Assembly (NCBI GenBank): GCA_017442155.1
Contig: JAFSAU010000043.1
Coordinates: 3,020 to 67,019, forward strand
Reading direction: 5' to 3'
Source of the DNA: Clostridia bacterium
GTDB lineage: Bacteria; Bacillota; Clostridia; UMGS1883; UMGS1540
DNA length: 64,000 nt
The notes under the pieces are model-generated. The model saw only the letters and a program-made list of their open reading frames with translations, was not told the DNA's origin and ran no database searches. Positions within the stretch are counted from its first letter, which is position 1, and the number at the start of each line of letters is the position of its first letter. A program made the translations under genes and the position numbers. Shown in pieces: positions 27,835-38,155 of the stretch.

Positions 27835-28665
27835 TTATTTCAGCGAATCGGCAAACAGTTTTGCGGCTCTGGAGGCCCTGGTGCTTACATAAAGGAAGGA
27901 CTCCCGGTACAGTCCGTCACCAATGCGCAGCAGCTTTATGCGGTCATCCTTCTGCCGCTGCCAGGAAATGCCGGGGAAAAATGTGACGCCAAGACCCATC
28001 CGTACATATTCGCAGACATAATACGGGTCGTCGCACTCCACTGCGCAGACGGGGGAAATTCCGGCCCGGCGGAAGGCGGCGTCCATGTTATCCCGCAGGC
28101 TGGTCCCCCGCGGCATACAGACGAATTTTTCTGCCGCCAGCTGCAAAAGCGACACGCTTTTCTCTTTTGCCAGCGGATTTTCCCGGTGTACCGCCAAAAA
28201 AAGCTCCTCCCGCACCAGCGGATGGGTCGTAAATCCACTTCCTCCAAGCGGTTTATCTGAAATAATAATATCGTTTTGTCCCGCCTCCCCCGTATGCTGC
28301 ATACGGAAGGAAACAGCAGGATATTTTTCTTTGAAAGCAGAAATCCGCTTTGTCACCAGGCTCCGGTTTGTGAGAATCAGCAGATGAATTTCGCCGCCGA
28401 TTTTCCCCGTCTGCTCCTCCAGTTCTCTTTTTCCCCGCTCCAGTTCGCCGGCCGCATTTTTCACTGCTCTATAAAAAATCCGTCCGGTTTCGCTGAGACG
28501 GAGACTGTTGGCCGTTCGTTCAAACAGGGTAACCCCCAGCTCCTGCTCCAGCTTTTTAATCGATGCCGAAACACTGGAGGGCGGCACAAAAAATGCTTTT
28601 GCCACCGCGGAAATATTTTCTTTTTCGGCGGTCTGTAAAAAATACTGTAACTGTAACAGCTCCAT
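27835..28665 (-). CDS. LysR-family transcriptional regulator
   Basis: The N-terminus MELLQLQYFLQTAEKENISAVAKAFFVPPSSVSASIKKLEQELGVTLFER is a LysR HTH. It is divergent from the EamA transporter gene. Confidence 0.85.
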   Translation of the reverse strand: MELLQLQYFLQTAEKENISAVAKAFFVPPSSVSASIKKLEQELGVTLFERTANSLRLSETGRIFYRAVKNAAGELERGKRELEEQTGKIGGEIHLLILTNRSLVTKRISAFKEKYPAVSFRMQHTGEAGQNDIIISDKPLGGSGFTTHPLVREELFLAVHRENPLAKEKSVSLLQLAAEKFVCMPRGTSLRDNMDAAFRRAGISPVCAVECDDPYYVCEYVRMGLGVTFFPGISWQRQKDDRIKLLRIGDGLYRESFLYVSTRASRAAKLFADSLK

Positions 28666-28803
28666 AGGCCTCTCCTTTCATTTTGCATTTTTTATCATTG
28701 TACCATAGATTTTAATATATAGCAACCATATTTTACTTTATTCTTTACATGTCTGTCTTCCTGTGCTATACTGGAGGAAGAATTTTAAAAAGGAAGTGTT
28801 TTT

Positions 28804-29676
28804 ATGAAAAAAGGAGTTTTGTATGCACTGATTACCGCAGTGCTCTTTGTCACGCTGGAGCCGGTCAGCAAGCTGATTGCCGGGGAAATTAACCCTTACG
28901 CTATCACCTTCTGGCGTTTTTTCATCGGCTCCTTCATCCTGATTCCGCCTGCCGTTTCCAAGCTGCGCCGGGAAAACATTAAAATTTCGGCCCGTGACGT
29001 GGGCATTACAACCGCCCTCGGCGTTCTGTTTATCTGCATCAGCATGGTGGCACTTCAGCTGGCGGTGAAAATTGCCGATGCGCCCAGCCTTATCGCCATT
29101 ATTTTTTCCTCCAACTCTGTCTTTACCATCGTTTTTGCCGTGTTTATTATTGGCGAAAAGCTGACGAAAAACAAGGCTCTGGCCCTTCTGTTTGGTATCC
29201 TGGGCGTCGTGTTCTGTGCCGATTTTTCCTCCGGCACCAACCTTTCCTCTGTGGCACTGGCTCTGTTTGCGGCACTGGCATTCAGCCTGTATACTGCCCT
29301 TTCCCAGCGGTTTAATAAGAAGCTGGGCGGCGTGATTCAGACGGCCATGGTCTTTCTCTTAGGCAGTGTCGTTCTCTTTATTGCCCTTCTTTTTATGGGG
29401 GTGGACGTTTTTCCCGCCATCGGGGGCAACAGTCTGGCCATTCTCCTTTATCTCGGCTTTCTGGTCACCGGCGCAGGCTACGCCTCCTATTTTCTGGCCA
29501 TTGAAAAAGGCGGTGCGATTATGGCCTCCCTTGCCTTTTTCATTAAGCCGATTCTCACTCCCTTCGTCACCTTTTTTATCAACGGTATCGTTCCGGATAT
29601 AAAGGTGTTCCTGGCAGTGCTCTGCATTGTTGCCGCCTCGTACTTTGCCGTGTACAGAAAAAAAGCCCGGGACTAA
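28804..29676 (+). CDS. EamA/DMT-family transporter
   Basis: 290 aa with ten TM helices and two EamA-like halves. Confidence 0.75.
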   Translation: MKKGVLYALITAVLFVTLEPVSKLIAGEINPYAITFWRFFIGSFILIPPAVSKLRRENIKISARDVGITTALGVLFICISMVALQLAVKIADAPSLIAIIFSSNSVFTIVFAVFIIGEKLTKNKALALLFGILGVVFCADFSSGTNLSSVALALFAALAFSLYTALSQRFNKKLGGVIQTAMVFLLGSVVLFIALLFMGVDVFPAIGGNSLAILLYLGFLVTGAGYASYFLAIEKGGAIMASLAFFIKPILTPFVTFFINGIVPDIKVFLAVLCIVAASYFAVYRKKARD

Positions 29677-29770
29677 CCTGAAAGCACAAAAGTTTTTCAG
29701 TATTTTCTCCGTTTCTCTTTACAAAACCGAAGGAATCATATATAATTAAAAAAACGCACAGGAGGCACAT

Positions 29771-30427
29771 ATGAACGAGCTGAAGTATTACATCCGGTAT
29801 CCCGACTCCTACCGCGAGGGAGATGTCTGTCCCGTGATTTTATTTCTCCACGGCGCAGGTAGTCGGGGCAGTGACCTTTCGGTTTTGGAGAGTAATCCCT
29901 ATTTTACGATAACACAAAAACACGCCGGTTTTCCGTTTATTACCGTGGCACCGCAGTGTCCGGCAGAAAACACCTGGTTTGATGTCTTCCAGCAGCTGAA
30001 AGCTCTGGCAGAAAAAACGGCGGAGGCTTCTTTTACAGACCCGGACCGCCTGTATCTGATGGGTGCCAGCATGGGTGGGTATGCCACATGGCAGCTTTCC
30101 ATGAGTCTGCCCCATTTGTTTGCGGCGGTTGTGCCGATTTGCGGTGGCGGAATGTACTGGAATGCAGGCCGGATGTGTCATATACCGGTCTGGGCCTTCC
30201 ACGGTGCCAGGGATGAGACGGTGCGGCCGGAGGAATCGGAAAAAATGGTGGAAGCGATAAACCGGAGGGGCGGCACAGCCAAGCTGACTGTATACCCCGA
30301 AAACGCCCACGATGCCTGGAGCGACACCTATAAAAACCCGGAGGTTTTTGCCTGGCTTTTAGAGCATGCAAAAGCGACAGGCAGTTTGGAAAAGGACGAT
30401 TTTTCCGGCAGTAAGAAATTCGGATAA
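29771..30427 (+). CDS. Alpha/beta-hydrolase (esterase/phospholipase-carboxylesterase family)
   Basis: ILFLHGAGSRG oxyanion region, a GASMGG nucleophile elbow and a downstream His. Confidence 0.7.
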   Translation: MNELKYYIRYPDSYREGDVCPVILFLHGAGSRGSDLSVLESNPYFTITQKHAGFPFITVAPQCPAENTWFDVFQQLKALAEKTAEASFTDPDRLYLMGASMGGYATWQLSMSLPHLFAAVVPICGGGMYWNAGRMCHIPVWAFHGARDETVRPEESEKMVEAINRRGGTAKLTVYPENAHDAWSDTYKNPEVFAWLLEHAKATGSLEKDDFSGSKKFG

Positions 30428-30478
30428 GACATCTGTATCCCTTAAGTTTTTAAAACATAAAATCAAAGGAGAATCCAC

Positions 30479-31663
30479 ATGAACATACCGGAATATAAAA
30501 CTTCTGCAGGCCTTGTCTTGCCTCCCAAATCCGTTGTAAAAGGGGAAACCCTGTACTGTGTTCAGAACACGCTTACGGAAGAAGTGCGGGCTTATGCTGC
30601 AGAGCTGGAAAAATACGGATTTACAAAATACGATACGCGGGAAATTTCCGCAGGCTCCGACAAATCGCTCGTGAACCTGTTCTATACCTTTACGCGGGAG
30701 GATATGCACATTTTTATCTTTTTTTCTTCCCCCCTCCGCATGGCTCTGCTTTCTGCCGCCGCCCCCGGTGCGCTTCCGGCAAAGGACCTGCCGCAATTTA
30801 CAAAGCGGACGCCGGTATCGGTCACCCAGTGCAGCATCACGAGCGGCATGTGCTATGCGGTGCAGAATGCGGACGGCAGTTTTATTCTCATGGACGGCGG
30901 TGTATATTATAAAGAGGATGCGGCCAGGCTGTACGCCTTTTTGCAGGAAAAAACGCCCTCCGGCGAAAAGCCCCGCATTGCCCTATGGCTGTTTTCGCAC
31001 CCGGATGTGGATCACGTACAGCTTCCGGCAGAATTTATGCGGGAATACAAAGAAAAGGTAGATGTTTCCGCCGTCGGATACCAGTTCCCGGATTTGGATA
31101 CGCCGGCATTTTCTTATCAGGACACGGCAGAAACAAAGGCAGACGTGGTGGCACTGGAGGAAAGCATCCGGCAGAATTACCCGGACGCTGTTTTCTACCC
31201 TCTGCACACGGGTCAGCTGTTCCGGTTCCCGGGACTGGAGCTGGAAATTCTCTGGACGGGCGACCTTTTAGTTCCCCATGCCTTTATGACCGGAAACTGC
31301 TGCAGTGCGGCCTGGCGTGTACGGCTTGACAGCGGACGGACGGCCCTGTTTTTAGGAGACTGTATGCACGATGCCTGCCGCAGGATAGCACATGCCTACG
31401 GCGATTCCATAAAAAGCGACATTTTGCAGGTGACGCATCACGGCCTTATCGGTGGTGACAAGGGACTGTATCAGCTGATTGACCCGGCAGTGTGCCTGTG
31501 GCCTACGTCCGGAGCACGGTTTGAAGGTACTTTGGAGGGACAGAAATACCAGTGGTGCATCGGCGAAGGGGAATGCGACTACAATGCGTGGATCCGGGAT
31601 AGTGCCGTGCGAAAAAGAGAGCATTACCATCACGGAGAGACGGTCACGCTCCTTTGTGAGTAA
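30479..31663 (+). CDS. Putative MBL-fold metallo-hydrolase
   Basis: LFSHPDVDHV and THHG motifs are spaced consistently with a metallo-beta-lactamase fold. Confidence 0.4.
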   Translation: MNIPEYKTSAGLVLPPKSVVKGETLYCVQNTLTEEVRAYAAELEKYGFTKYDTREISAGSDKSLVNLFYTFTREDMHIFIFFSSPLRMALLSAAAPGALPAKDLPQFTKRTPVSVTQCSITSGMCYAVQNADGSFILMDGGVYYKEDAARLYAFLQEKTPSGEKPRIALWLFSHPDVDHVQLPAEFMREYKEKVDVSAVGYQFPDLDTPAFSYQDTAETKADVVALEESIRQNYPDAVFYPLHTGQLFRFPGLELEILWTGDLLVPHAFMTGNCCSAAWRVRLDSGRTALFLGDCMHDACRRIAHAYGDSIKSDILQVTHHGLIGGDKGLYQLIDPAVCLWPTSGARFEGTLEGQKYQWCIGEGECDYNAWIRDSAVRKREHYHHGETVTLLCE

Positions 31664-31687
31664 CTTACGTTTCAACGGGGGGAAACC

Positions 31688-32503
31688 ATGCATACCGAGA
31701 ACACAAATTTAAGCGGTTTAGTCAATGGGCTGGGTACGATTTATGCAGGGGAGCAGATCTGTCCCCCACGGCACAGCTATGGCCCCTGCGCCCGGCAGTA
31801 TTATCTCCTGCACTATATCATCGACGGGTGCGGCACTTTTTCCATCGGTGAGAAAACATATGCCCTCGCGCGCGGGGATGTATTCTTCATCCGGCCGCAG
31901 GATATCACCTATTACGAAGCAGACGCCACAGACCCGTGGCACTATGTCTGGATTGGTCTCTCCGGCATGGATGCAGGCAATATTTTTGATTCGATTTCTG
32001 CCACCAAACCGGTAGTGCACCTGCAAAACAGCGATGTGCTGACGCCGCTGATGCAGGATTTTGCCCAAAGTGCCAACTGCCGCACGGCCCAGGCCCGGTA
32101 TGCCCGGCTGTCGAAGCTCTACACCATTTTGTCCTGTATGGCGGCCCAGGCCCCGGATGCGGCTTACCGCCCCAGCGGCAAGGTTTATGCCGAAGAAGCG
32201 GCCATGTATATCCATGCCAATCTGGAGCGGCGGATTTCCGTTTCAGAGCTGGCCCGGCAGATTGCCATTGACCGCAGCTATTTCTGCACCGTTTTTAAAA
32301 AATATATGGGCAAGTCGCCCCAGCAGTATATTATTGATGCAAAAATGAAAAGCGCAGCCAATATGCTGCGCCGTTCCGATAAATCCGTTTCCGATATTGC
32401 GGCCGCGGTGGGATACGAGGATGCTCTTCTGTTTTCCCGGATGTTCCGGGCAAAATTCGGTTGCTCCCCCCGGCAGTACCGGGCAGAGACGCCTACAGAG
32501 TAA
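31688..32503 (+). CDS. AraC-family transcriptional regulator (cupin N-terminal domain)
   Basis: C-terminal double HTH (ISVSELARQIAIDRSYFCTVFKKYMGKSPQQY...; VSDIAAAVGYEDALLFSRMFRAKFGCSPRQY) and an N-terminal cupin-like domain. Confidence 0.8.
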   Translation: MHTENTNLSGLVNGLGTIYAGEQICPPRHSYGPCARQYYLLHYIIDGCGTFSIGEKTYALARGDVFFIRPQDITYYEADATDPWHYVWIGLSGMDAGNIFDSISATKPVVHLQNSDVLTPLMQDFAQSANCRTAQARYARLSKLYTILSCMAAQAPDAAYRPSGKVYAEEAAMYIHANLERRISVSELARQIAIDRSYFCTVFKKYMGKSPQQYIIDAKMKSAANMLRRSDKSVSDIAAAVGYEDALLFSRMFRAKFGCSPRQYRAETPTE

Positions 32504-33068
32504 GGGCGTCCAGCGTTTTACCGTAGCCATCGATAAATAAATCAAAAAATATCTGCACTTCTTCCACGCCGCACGTATCCAGTGCGGCTTTTGTTGTTTC
32601 CCGGGCCGCAGAAAATTCGCGGTTACCGCTTTTTTCTTCCTCAATGCATTTAATATAGGCCGAAAGCTTGTCTGCCGCCTTGACGAGACGAAGGGCCTCG
32701 TCCGGCTCCGGAGACAGAAGCGGCGCAAATTCCGGCCGGAGCTGCTCCGGCAGCATGTCCAGAAGCTTCTTTTCCGTTTCGGCCTCCAGGGCTTTGTAGG
32801 CCGCAGAAAGATGGGGGTTTTTGTATTTGACCGGGGTAGGCATATCCCCGGTGATAATTTCCGTGGCATCGTGGTACAGCGCAACAAGAGCGCACCGGGC
32901 CGGGTCGTGCTTTTTCCCCAGATACCGGTTTCCGATAACGGCCAGCGCATGGGCCAGCATAGCTACCTCCAGCGTATGCTCGCTCAGGGTTTCCCGCCGC
33001 GTAGAACGCATCAGTGCCCAGCGGTCAATGTATTTCATACGGGATAAAAGGGCAAAAAAATTACTCAT
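32493..33068 (-). CDS. yfbR: HD-domain 5'-deoxynucleotidase YfbR-like
   Basis: MSNFFALLSRMKYIDRWALMRSTRRETLSEHTLEVAMLAHAL...YHDATEIITGDMPTPVKY closely parallels the E. coli YfbR N-terminus. Confidence 0.8.
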   Translation of the reverse strand: MSNFFALLSRMKYIDRWALMRSTRRETLSEHTLEVAMLAHALAVIGNRYLGKKHDPARCALVALYHDATEIITGDMPTPVKYKNPHLSAAYKALEAETEKKLLDMLPEQLRPEFAPLLSPEPDEALRLVKAADKLSAYIKCIEEEKSGNREFSAARETTKAALDTCGVEEVQIFFDLFIDGYGKTLDALTL

Positions 33069-33966
33069 TTTCGTCTCCTTTCAGAAAGCTTTCCGGCAGG
33101 GTAAAGGTTTTTCCGGCAAGACCGTCCAGCACGCCGCCTTCCGGCCGGAAGGCAAACTGCACGCGCCAGGCACAAAGGTCCTGCCCGTCTCCGCCATGGC
33201 CGTACTTCGGGTCCCCCACAAGCGGACAGCCGATAGAAGCCATATGGACCCGTATCTGATGGGAGCGGCCGGAAAAAAGCTCTGCCTCCACAAGGCTGGT
33301 CCGTCCGTCCGCAGAAAGGGTGCGGTAGCCGGTTTCAGCCGCCTTTCCCTCTTTTCCCACGTGGCTTACGTTGGTTTTTCCGTCCTTGACAAGGGCGGCA
33401 GAAATCCGTCCCCGGGGCGGGTCGGGCGTTCCCTCCACCCGGCAAAGATACAGCTTCCGCACTTTTCGTGTGCGGATTTTTTCATTCATGGCACGAAGTC
33501 CTGCCGCTGTTTTTGCGCCGATTACTAAGCCGTGTGTGTTATAATCCAGCCGATTGCAAAGTGCAGGCCGGAAGGTATTCTCCGGCACATATGCCCCTTT
33601 TTTGTAAAGATACCACAAAAACCGGTCCACAAGCGTATCGGCTGTGTGCCTGGCGTCCGGCTGGCTGGCCATACGGACAGGCTTATACAGAAGAGCAATA
33701 TGCTCGTCCTCGTACAAAACCGTAATATCTCCGGCACGGGGCGGGGCGGCGGGGCCGACCGGCAAAAGTGCATCATCCCCGAAATATCTGACTTCATCCC
33801 CTGCGGCAAGACGGGTTTCCGGCTTCGGTTTTTTGCCGTTTACCTTGATTTTTCCGGTACGGATATATTTATAAAGCAGACCTTTTGGCATTGCGGGCAT
33901 AAGCCGGGCAAAAAAAGCATCTACCCGGCGGCCGTCATCATTCGCAGTGGCAACAAATACCCTCAT
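33061..33966 (-). CDS. RluA-family 23S rRNA pseudouridine synthase (RluC/RluD-like)
   Basis: An S4-like N-terminus (LLYKYIRTGKIKVNGKKPK) and a catalytic HRLDYNTHG motif. Confidence 0.8.
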   Translation of the reverse strand: MRVFVATANDDGRRVDAFFARLMPAMPKGLLYKYIRTGKIKVNGKKPKPETRLAAGDEVRYFGDDALLPVGPAAPPRAGDITVLYEDEHIALLYKPVRMASQPDARHTADTLVDRFLWYLYKKGAYVPENTFRPALCNRLDYNTHGLVIGAKTAAGLRAMNEKIRTRKVRKLYLCRVEGTPDPPRGRISAALVKDGKTNVSHVGKEGKAAETGYRTLSADGRTSLVEAELFSGRSHQIRVHMASIGCPLVGDPKYGHGGDGQDLCAWRVQFAFRPEGGVLDGLAGKTFTLPESFLKGDENE

Positions 33967-34769
33967 TGGGGCGGAATATGGCCCACACCCGGCAGAATAT
34001 AGCTCGGACGGTAGGGCAGTTCCTGCAGTTCCTTCTCTCCGGTCACGCCGCTGAGGACCAGTACGGTGTCAATTTCCGTCTGAATACCGGAGAGAATATC
34101 TGTATCCATTCTGTCTCCCACAATGGCGGTTTCCTCCCGCCGCGTGCCCAGCTTTTTCATGGCATGGCGCATAATAATCGGGTTGGGCTTGCCGATAAAA
34201 TACGCACTGCGGCCCGTGGCCAGCTCAATGGGTGCCGTAAGGGCGCGGCAGGCAGGGAGAATCCCCCGCTCGGAGGGACCGGTCAGGTCCGTGTTCGTCC
34301 CAATCAGCTTTGCGCCGCCTAAAACCAGACGGATAGCGTGCTCGATTTTTTCAAAGCTATAGGACCGGCTTTCGCCCACCACCACATAGTCAGGATTGTA
34401 GTCATTCATAGAAATACCGGCATCGTACAGTGCGCCGGTAAGACCCGGCTCCCCGATAACATAGGCACTGCCGCCGGGGCACTGGCTTGCTAAAAACGAA
34501 GCCGTGGCCAGGGCACTGGTATAAAAGTGGGAGGGCTCAATGTCCAGACCGAGACGGGCCAGCTTCTGGGAAAGCTCCCGGGGCGAACGCTCACTGCTGT
34601 TTGTGAGAAACAGAAAGTTTTTGTTCTCCCGGCGAATCCATTCCAGAAATTTGTCCACGCCTTCCAGCAGCTTTGAGCCGTGGTAGATCACGCCGTCCAT
34701 ATCGCATATAAAACCTTTTTTTGCGTGTATGGCCTCCAGATTTTTGGAAATTTCAATCATATTTTTCAT
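33963..34769 (-). CDS. HAD-IIA family hydrolase (NagD-like sugar phosphatase)
   Basis: A DMDGV motif I, a GKPNP motif, and VGDRMDTD motif IV. Confidence 0.75.
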   Translation of the reverse strand: MKNMIEISKNLEAIHAKKGFICDMDGVIYHGSKLLEGVDKFLEWIRRENKNFLFLTNSSERSPRELSQKLARLGLDIEPSHFYTSALATASFLASQCPGGSAYVIGEPGLTGALYDAGISMNDYNPDYVVVGESRSYSFEKIEHAIRLVLGGAKLIGTNTDLTGPSERGILPACRALTAPIELATGRSAYFIGKPNPIIMRHAMKKLGTRREETAIVGDRMDTDILSGIQTEIDTVLVLSGVTGEKELQELPYRPSYILPGVGHIPPQ

Positions 34770-35778
34770 CCTTTCCTATTGGAATGGTTGTTTGTCCGTC
34801 TGTTACAAAACAGCCGGCTTCCGTGCGGTTTAACTGTATTTTTATGTGATATTTTTCTGTAAGATACAAAAAATTTTCCCTTTTTTGTCCCAGGACGAGG
34901 GAGGTCAGCTTTTCACCGCAATATACGAAAATTGCATCCTTCTGCAATTTGCAGACAGCTTCCTCCAGCTTGTTTCTGAAGGTCCGGGCACGCACCAGCT
35001 CCCCGAGGGCCGGGTGATAGGCTCCGGCGGCGATGGATGCGCCCAGGGTTTCCGTTTCCTGCAGGCCGATACGGAGAATCCGTACCCCGCCCGCCTCCAG
35101 CACGGAAAGACAGGTGGCGGCCCGCTCCACCGTTTCCTCCATGGTGGGCGGCACATATGCCCCGCTTTCCAAAAGCGCGAAAAGCGCGGTGTCCCGGAAA
35201 ACGACGGTGGGGTATATCCGGGCATCCTGCGCACCAAGGGCCACAAACTGCCGGGCTGTTTCCTCCTCGTCCGCCGCTGTGGATGCCGGAAGTCCCGTCA
35301 TCATCTGCAGGCCCAGCCGCAGGCCGCCCTCCAAAATGAGAGCCGACGCCCGCTTCGTATCCTCTGCCGTGTGTCCCCGCCCGGCGGCCCGCAGGACGCG
35401 GTCGGACATGGACTGCGCCCCCAGCTCCACGGTTTTCACACCATATGCTTTTAAAAACGATACCGTTTCCGGGTCTATGCAGTCGGGCCGGGTGGAAAGC
35501 CGGATGCTTTCTGCCTCCCCCCGCTTTAGAAAGGGCTGGACCGCGCGGAGATACGCTTCCTGCTCTTTCCGCGGAATTCCGGTAAAGCTGCCGCCAAAGA
35601 AAGCAATTTCTGCCGTGCGGCCGCCACGGGTGGAAAGCATTTCACCGACGGAAAAAGCGACGCTTTCGGGAGAAGGCGCCGCCTGTACGTTCGTTACTGA
35701 CTTCTGGTTGCAGAAAGCACAGCTGTGCGGACAGCCCAGATGGGGGATGAAAACGGGAACATTCATGTGCGTTTTCAT
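34753..35778 (-). CDS. Radical SAM protein (Elp3/YhcC-like)
   Basis: A CPHSCAFCN (CxxxCxxC) cluster near the N-terminus. An ATGA overlap with the rnc stop places it in an operon with rnc. Confidence 0.65.
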   Translation of the reverse strand: MKTHMNVPVFIPHLGCPHSCAFCNQKSVTNVQAAPSPESVAFSVGEMLSTRGGRTAEIAFFGGSFTGIPRKEQEAYLRAVQPFLKRGEAESIRLSTRPDCIDPETVSFLKAYGVKTVELGAQSMSDRVLRAAGRGHTAEDTKRASALILEGGLRLGLQMMTGLPASTAADEEETARQFVALGAQDARIYPTVVFRDTALFALLESGAYVPPTMEETVERAATCLSVLEAGGVRILRIGLQETETLGASIAAGAYHPALGELVRARTFRNKLEEAVCKLQKDAIFVYCGEKLTSLVLGQKRENFLYLTEKYHIKIQLNRTEAGCFVTDGQTTIPIGKDEKYD

Positions 35779-36455
35779 TCCATTCCCTCCAGTGCTTTCT
35801 CTGCTGCGGCCTGTTCTGCCGCCTTTTTGGATTTTCCGCTTCCGGTGCCGAGACAGACATCCTCTAAAAAGACGGACACCGTAAATTCCTTGGCATGGTC
35901 CGGCCCCTTCTCGTCGATAACCTTATAAAGGGGCGTCGGGGCATTTTTGCCCTGCACCTTTTCCTGCAGTGCCGTTTTAAAGTCCCGCACGGCTCCTTCC
36001 CGGATGGCTTTTTCTATCGTTTCCGTCAGAAACGACAGCACAAACCGGCTGGCGGTCTCCTGCCCTGCATCGAGATACAGCGCAGCAATCAACGCCTCCA
36101 TAGCGTCTGCCAGAACCGAAGCACGGTCCGCACCGCCCGAGGTTTTCTCCCCCCGGCCAAGCAGTAAATACGGCCCGATGCCCATTTTCCGGGCATGGTA
36201 CGAAAGTGCTTCCTCACAAACGCTTTTGGCCCGTACCCGGGTCATTTCCCCTTCGGAAATTTCGGGACGGCGGGCATACAGATAGTCACTCACCGCAATA
36301 CTGAGCACCGCGTCGCCCAGAAACTCCAGCCGCTCATTGCAGACGGTTTTCCGTTCATTGGCGTAGGAGCTGTGGGTGATAGCTGTTTTCAGCAGCGCGG
36401 GTGCGCGAAAGGTGTGTCCCAAAAGCGACTCAAAAAAGGTACAGGAATCAGGCAT
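35775..36455 (-). CDS. rnc: Ribonuclease III
   Basis: The [11 protein letters not shown] RNase III signature and a C-terminal dsRBD with [18 protein letters not shown]. Confidence 0.9.
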   Translation of the reverse strand: MPDSCTFFESLLGHTFRAPALLKTAITHSSYANERKTVCNERLEFLGDAVLSIAVSDYLYARRPEISEGEMTRVRAKSVCEEALSYHARKMGIGPYLLLGRGEKTSGGADRASVLADAMEALIAALYLDAGQETASRFVLSFLTETIEKAIREGAVRDFKTALQEKVQGKNAPTPLYKVIDEKGPDHAKEFTVSVFLEDVCLGTGSGKSKKAAEQAAAEKALEGME

Positions 36456-36675
36456 GAGACTTAATGTAGGCTACTGCGTCGCCAACTGTACGTATGTTTT
36501 CCGCATCTTCGTCCGAAATGGAGAGAGAAAACTCATCCTCAAAGGCCATAATCAGTTCTACAATGTCAAGGGAATCGGCACCGAGGGTGTCGATAAATGC
36601 GTCCTCTTCCGTAATGCTTTCCGCGTCTATGCCGAGCTGGTCGGCGATAAGTTCTGCTACTTTTTCAAATACCAT
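36448..36675 (-). CDS. acpP: Acyl carrier protein
   Basis: 75 aa with the DSLD phosphopantetheine-attachment motif ([19 protein letters not shown]). An AAAGGAAG RBS precedes the ATG at 36675. Confidence 0.9.
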   Translation of the reverse strand: MVFEKVAELIADQLGIDAESITEEDAFIDTLGADSLDIVELIMAFEDEFSLSISDEDAENIRTVGDAVAYIKSHA

Positions 36676-36800
36676 TTTTTTCTTCCTTTCTCTTTTCACA
36701 ATTGATGTATTGGTAATCTATTGCTATTATAGATGATTTCCGTATAAAATGCAAGAGTTTCTTATAAAAATTTTACAAACGTGGTTTCTTTTCCCGTTTT

Positions 36801-38003
36801 TTATACTTTTTCCTGTTCTCCGAGGGCCGCATATACCACATTCCGGATTCTCGGCTGATACCATGGTTCCCGCGGCGAGAGAGTGTGCTGGGCAAAGAAG
36901 AAGGCCGTTTCCGTCGTCGTGTCCGCGCAGATGGTGGCACCTGCCGCGCCGCCCCAGCCGAATTCGCCGACAGGAGCAAGGGCACCATCTTTTTCCGGCT
37001 CCAGAAGCGTTCGCACGCCGAGGCCGTAGCCATACGGTGCCAGATGGGGCTGGAAGAGCTTTTGCCGCTGGGCGGTGGTAAGGCGGTTGCGGTGCAGCAG
37101 CTCCACCGTTTCCGGAGCGAGAATCCGTACGCCGTTTATTCCCGCGCCTCCCATAGAAAGTGCTGCGGCAAACTTCCCGTAGTCCTCCACCGTGCTGGTG
37201 ATGCCGGCACCTCCGCTGTCATATTCCGGGCCAAAGATGTGCGGTACCATCTTTTTTGCCGTTCTGAAAAAGCCTTTTTCTGCGGCATCTGCGGGACGCA
37301 TCTGCGCCTTGGCAAGGTCTGTCTCCATTGCCTCCCCTTCGGGCACAAACTGATACAGTGTCGGCATATTTTCCAGCATTTCTGCCGTGGCATGGAAGGT
37401 GGTCCGGGTCATACCGAGGGGGTCCAGAATCTGTTCCTGTACGTATTCGCGGAAGGGTCTGCCGGTGATAACCGAAACAAGCCCCGCCAGCACATCGTGA
37501 CAGAGGCTGTAGGCCCAGTCGCTCCCCGGTTCAAACTGCAATGGTTCAGCCGCCAGTGCCCGGATAACACTGACCGTCTCCATGTCGCCCGGTTTCTCTT
37601 GCCGCAACCGATGCAGGGTGGGGCAGGCGATGTTATAATGCAGACCGGCCGTCATATCGAAGAGATTCCCGACTGTGATTGGCTTCTCCGCTTTTTTCAG
37701 TCCGCCGGGTGTTTTTATATACATTGTTTTGTATTCGGGAATATAGTCCGAAAGCGGGTCGGAAAGCAAAAACGCGCCCTTCTCCAAAAGCTGCAGACCG
37801 GCCACCGCCGTCATCGGCTTCGTGCAGGAGAAAAGAAAGTAGTGCTCATCTCCCGAAAGGGGCTGTCCCGTCTCCAGATCCCGCACACCCACCGTGTAGC
37901 GGAACACCTTCTTTCCGTGACGGTATACAACAATGCTGCAGCCGGGTGTGCGCCCTGTCTGCACCATATTGTCCATAAAATCTGAAATCAAAGAAAAACG
38001 CAT
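36801..38003 (-). CDS. Serine hydrolase (beta-lactamase-related/class-C-like esterase family)
   Basis: An SCTK (SxxK) active-site motif near residue 60, on a 400-aa beta-lactamase-fold scaffold. Confidence 0.65.
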   Translation of the reverse strand: MRFSLISDFMDNMVQTGRTPGCSIVVYRHGKKVFRYTVGVRDLETGQPLSGDEHYFLFSCTKPMTAVAGLQLLEKGAFLLSDPLSDYIPEYKTMYIKTPGGLKKAEKPITVGNLFDMTAGLHYNIACPTLHRLRQEKPGDMETVSVIRALAAEPLQFEPGSDWAYSLCHDVLAGLVSVITGRPFREYVQEQILDPLGMTRTTFHATAEMLENMPTLYQFVPEGEAMETDLAKAQMRPADAAEKGFFRTAKKMVPHIFGPEYDSGGAGITSTVEDYGKFAAALSMGGAGINGVRILAPETVELLHRNRLTTAQRQKLFQPHLAPYGYGLGVRTLLEPEKDGALAPVGEFGWGGAAGATICADTTTETAFFFAQHTLSPREPWYQPRIRNVVYAALGEQEKV

Positions 38004-38155
38004 TATACTCCTCTTTTCCCGGCCCCTACACCTTCTTTTACCCGGCCGTTTCTATACTATACCATTTTTTTCGGGGGAATGTCAAGTTTTCTATTGTAAT
38101 TTGCCAGGATTTGCTATATAATAATAGGGAATGAAAAAAGGAAAGGCTGTACATT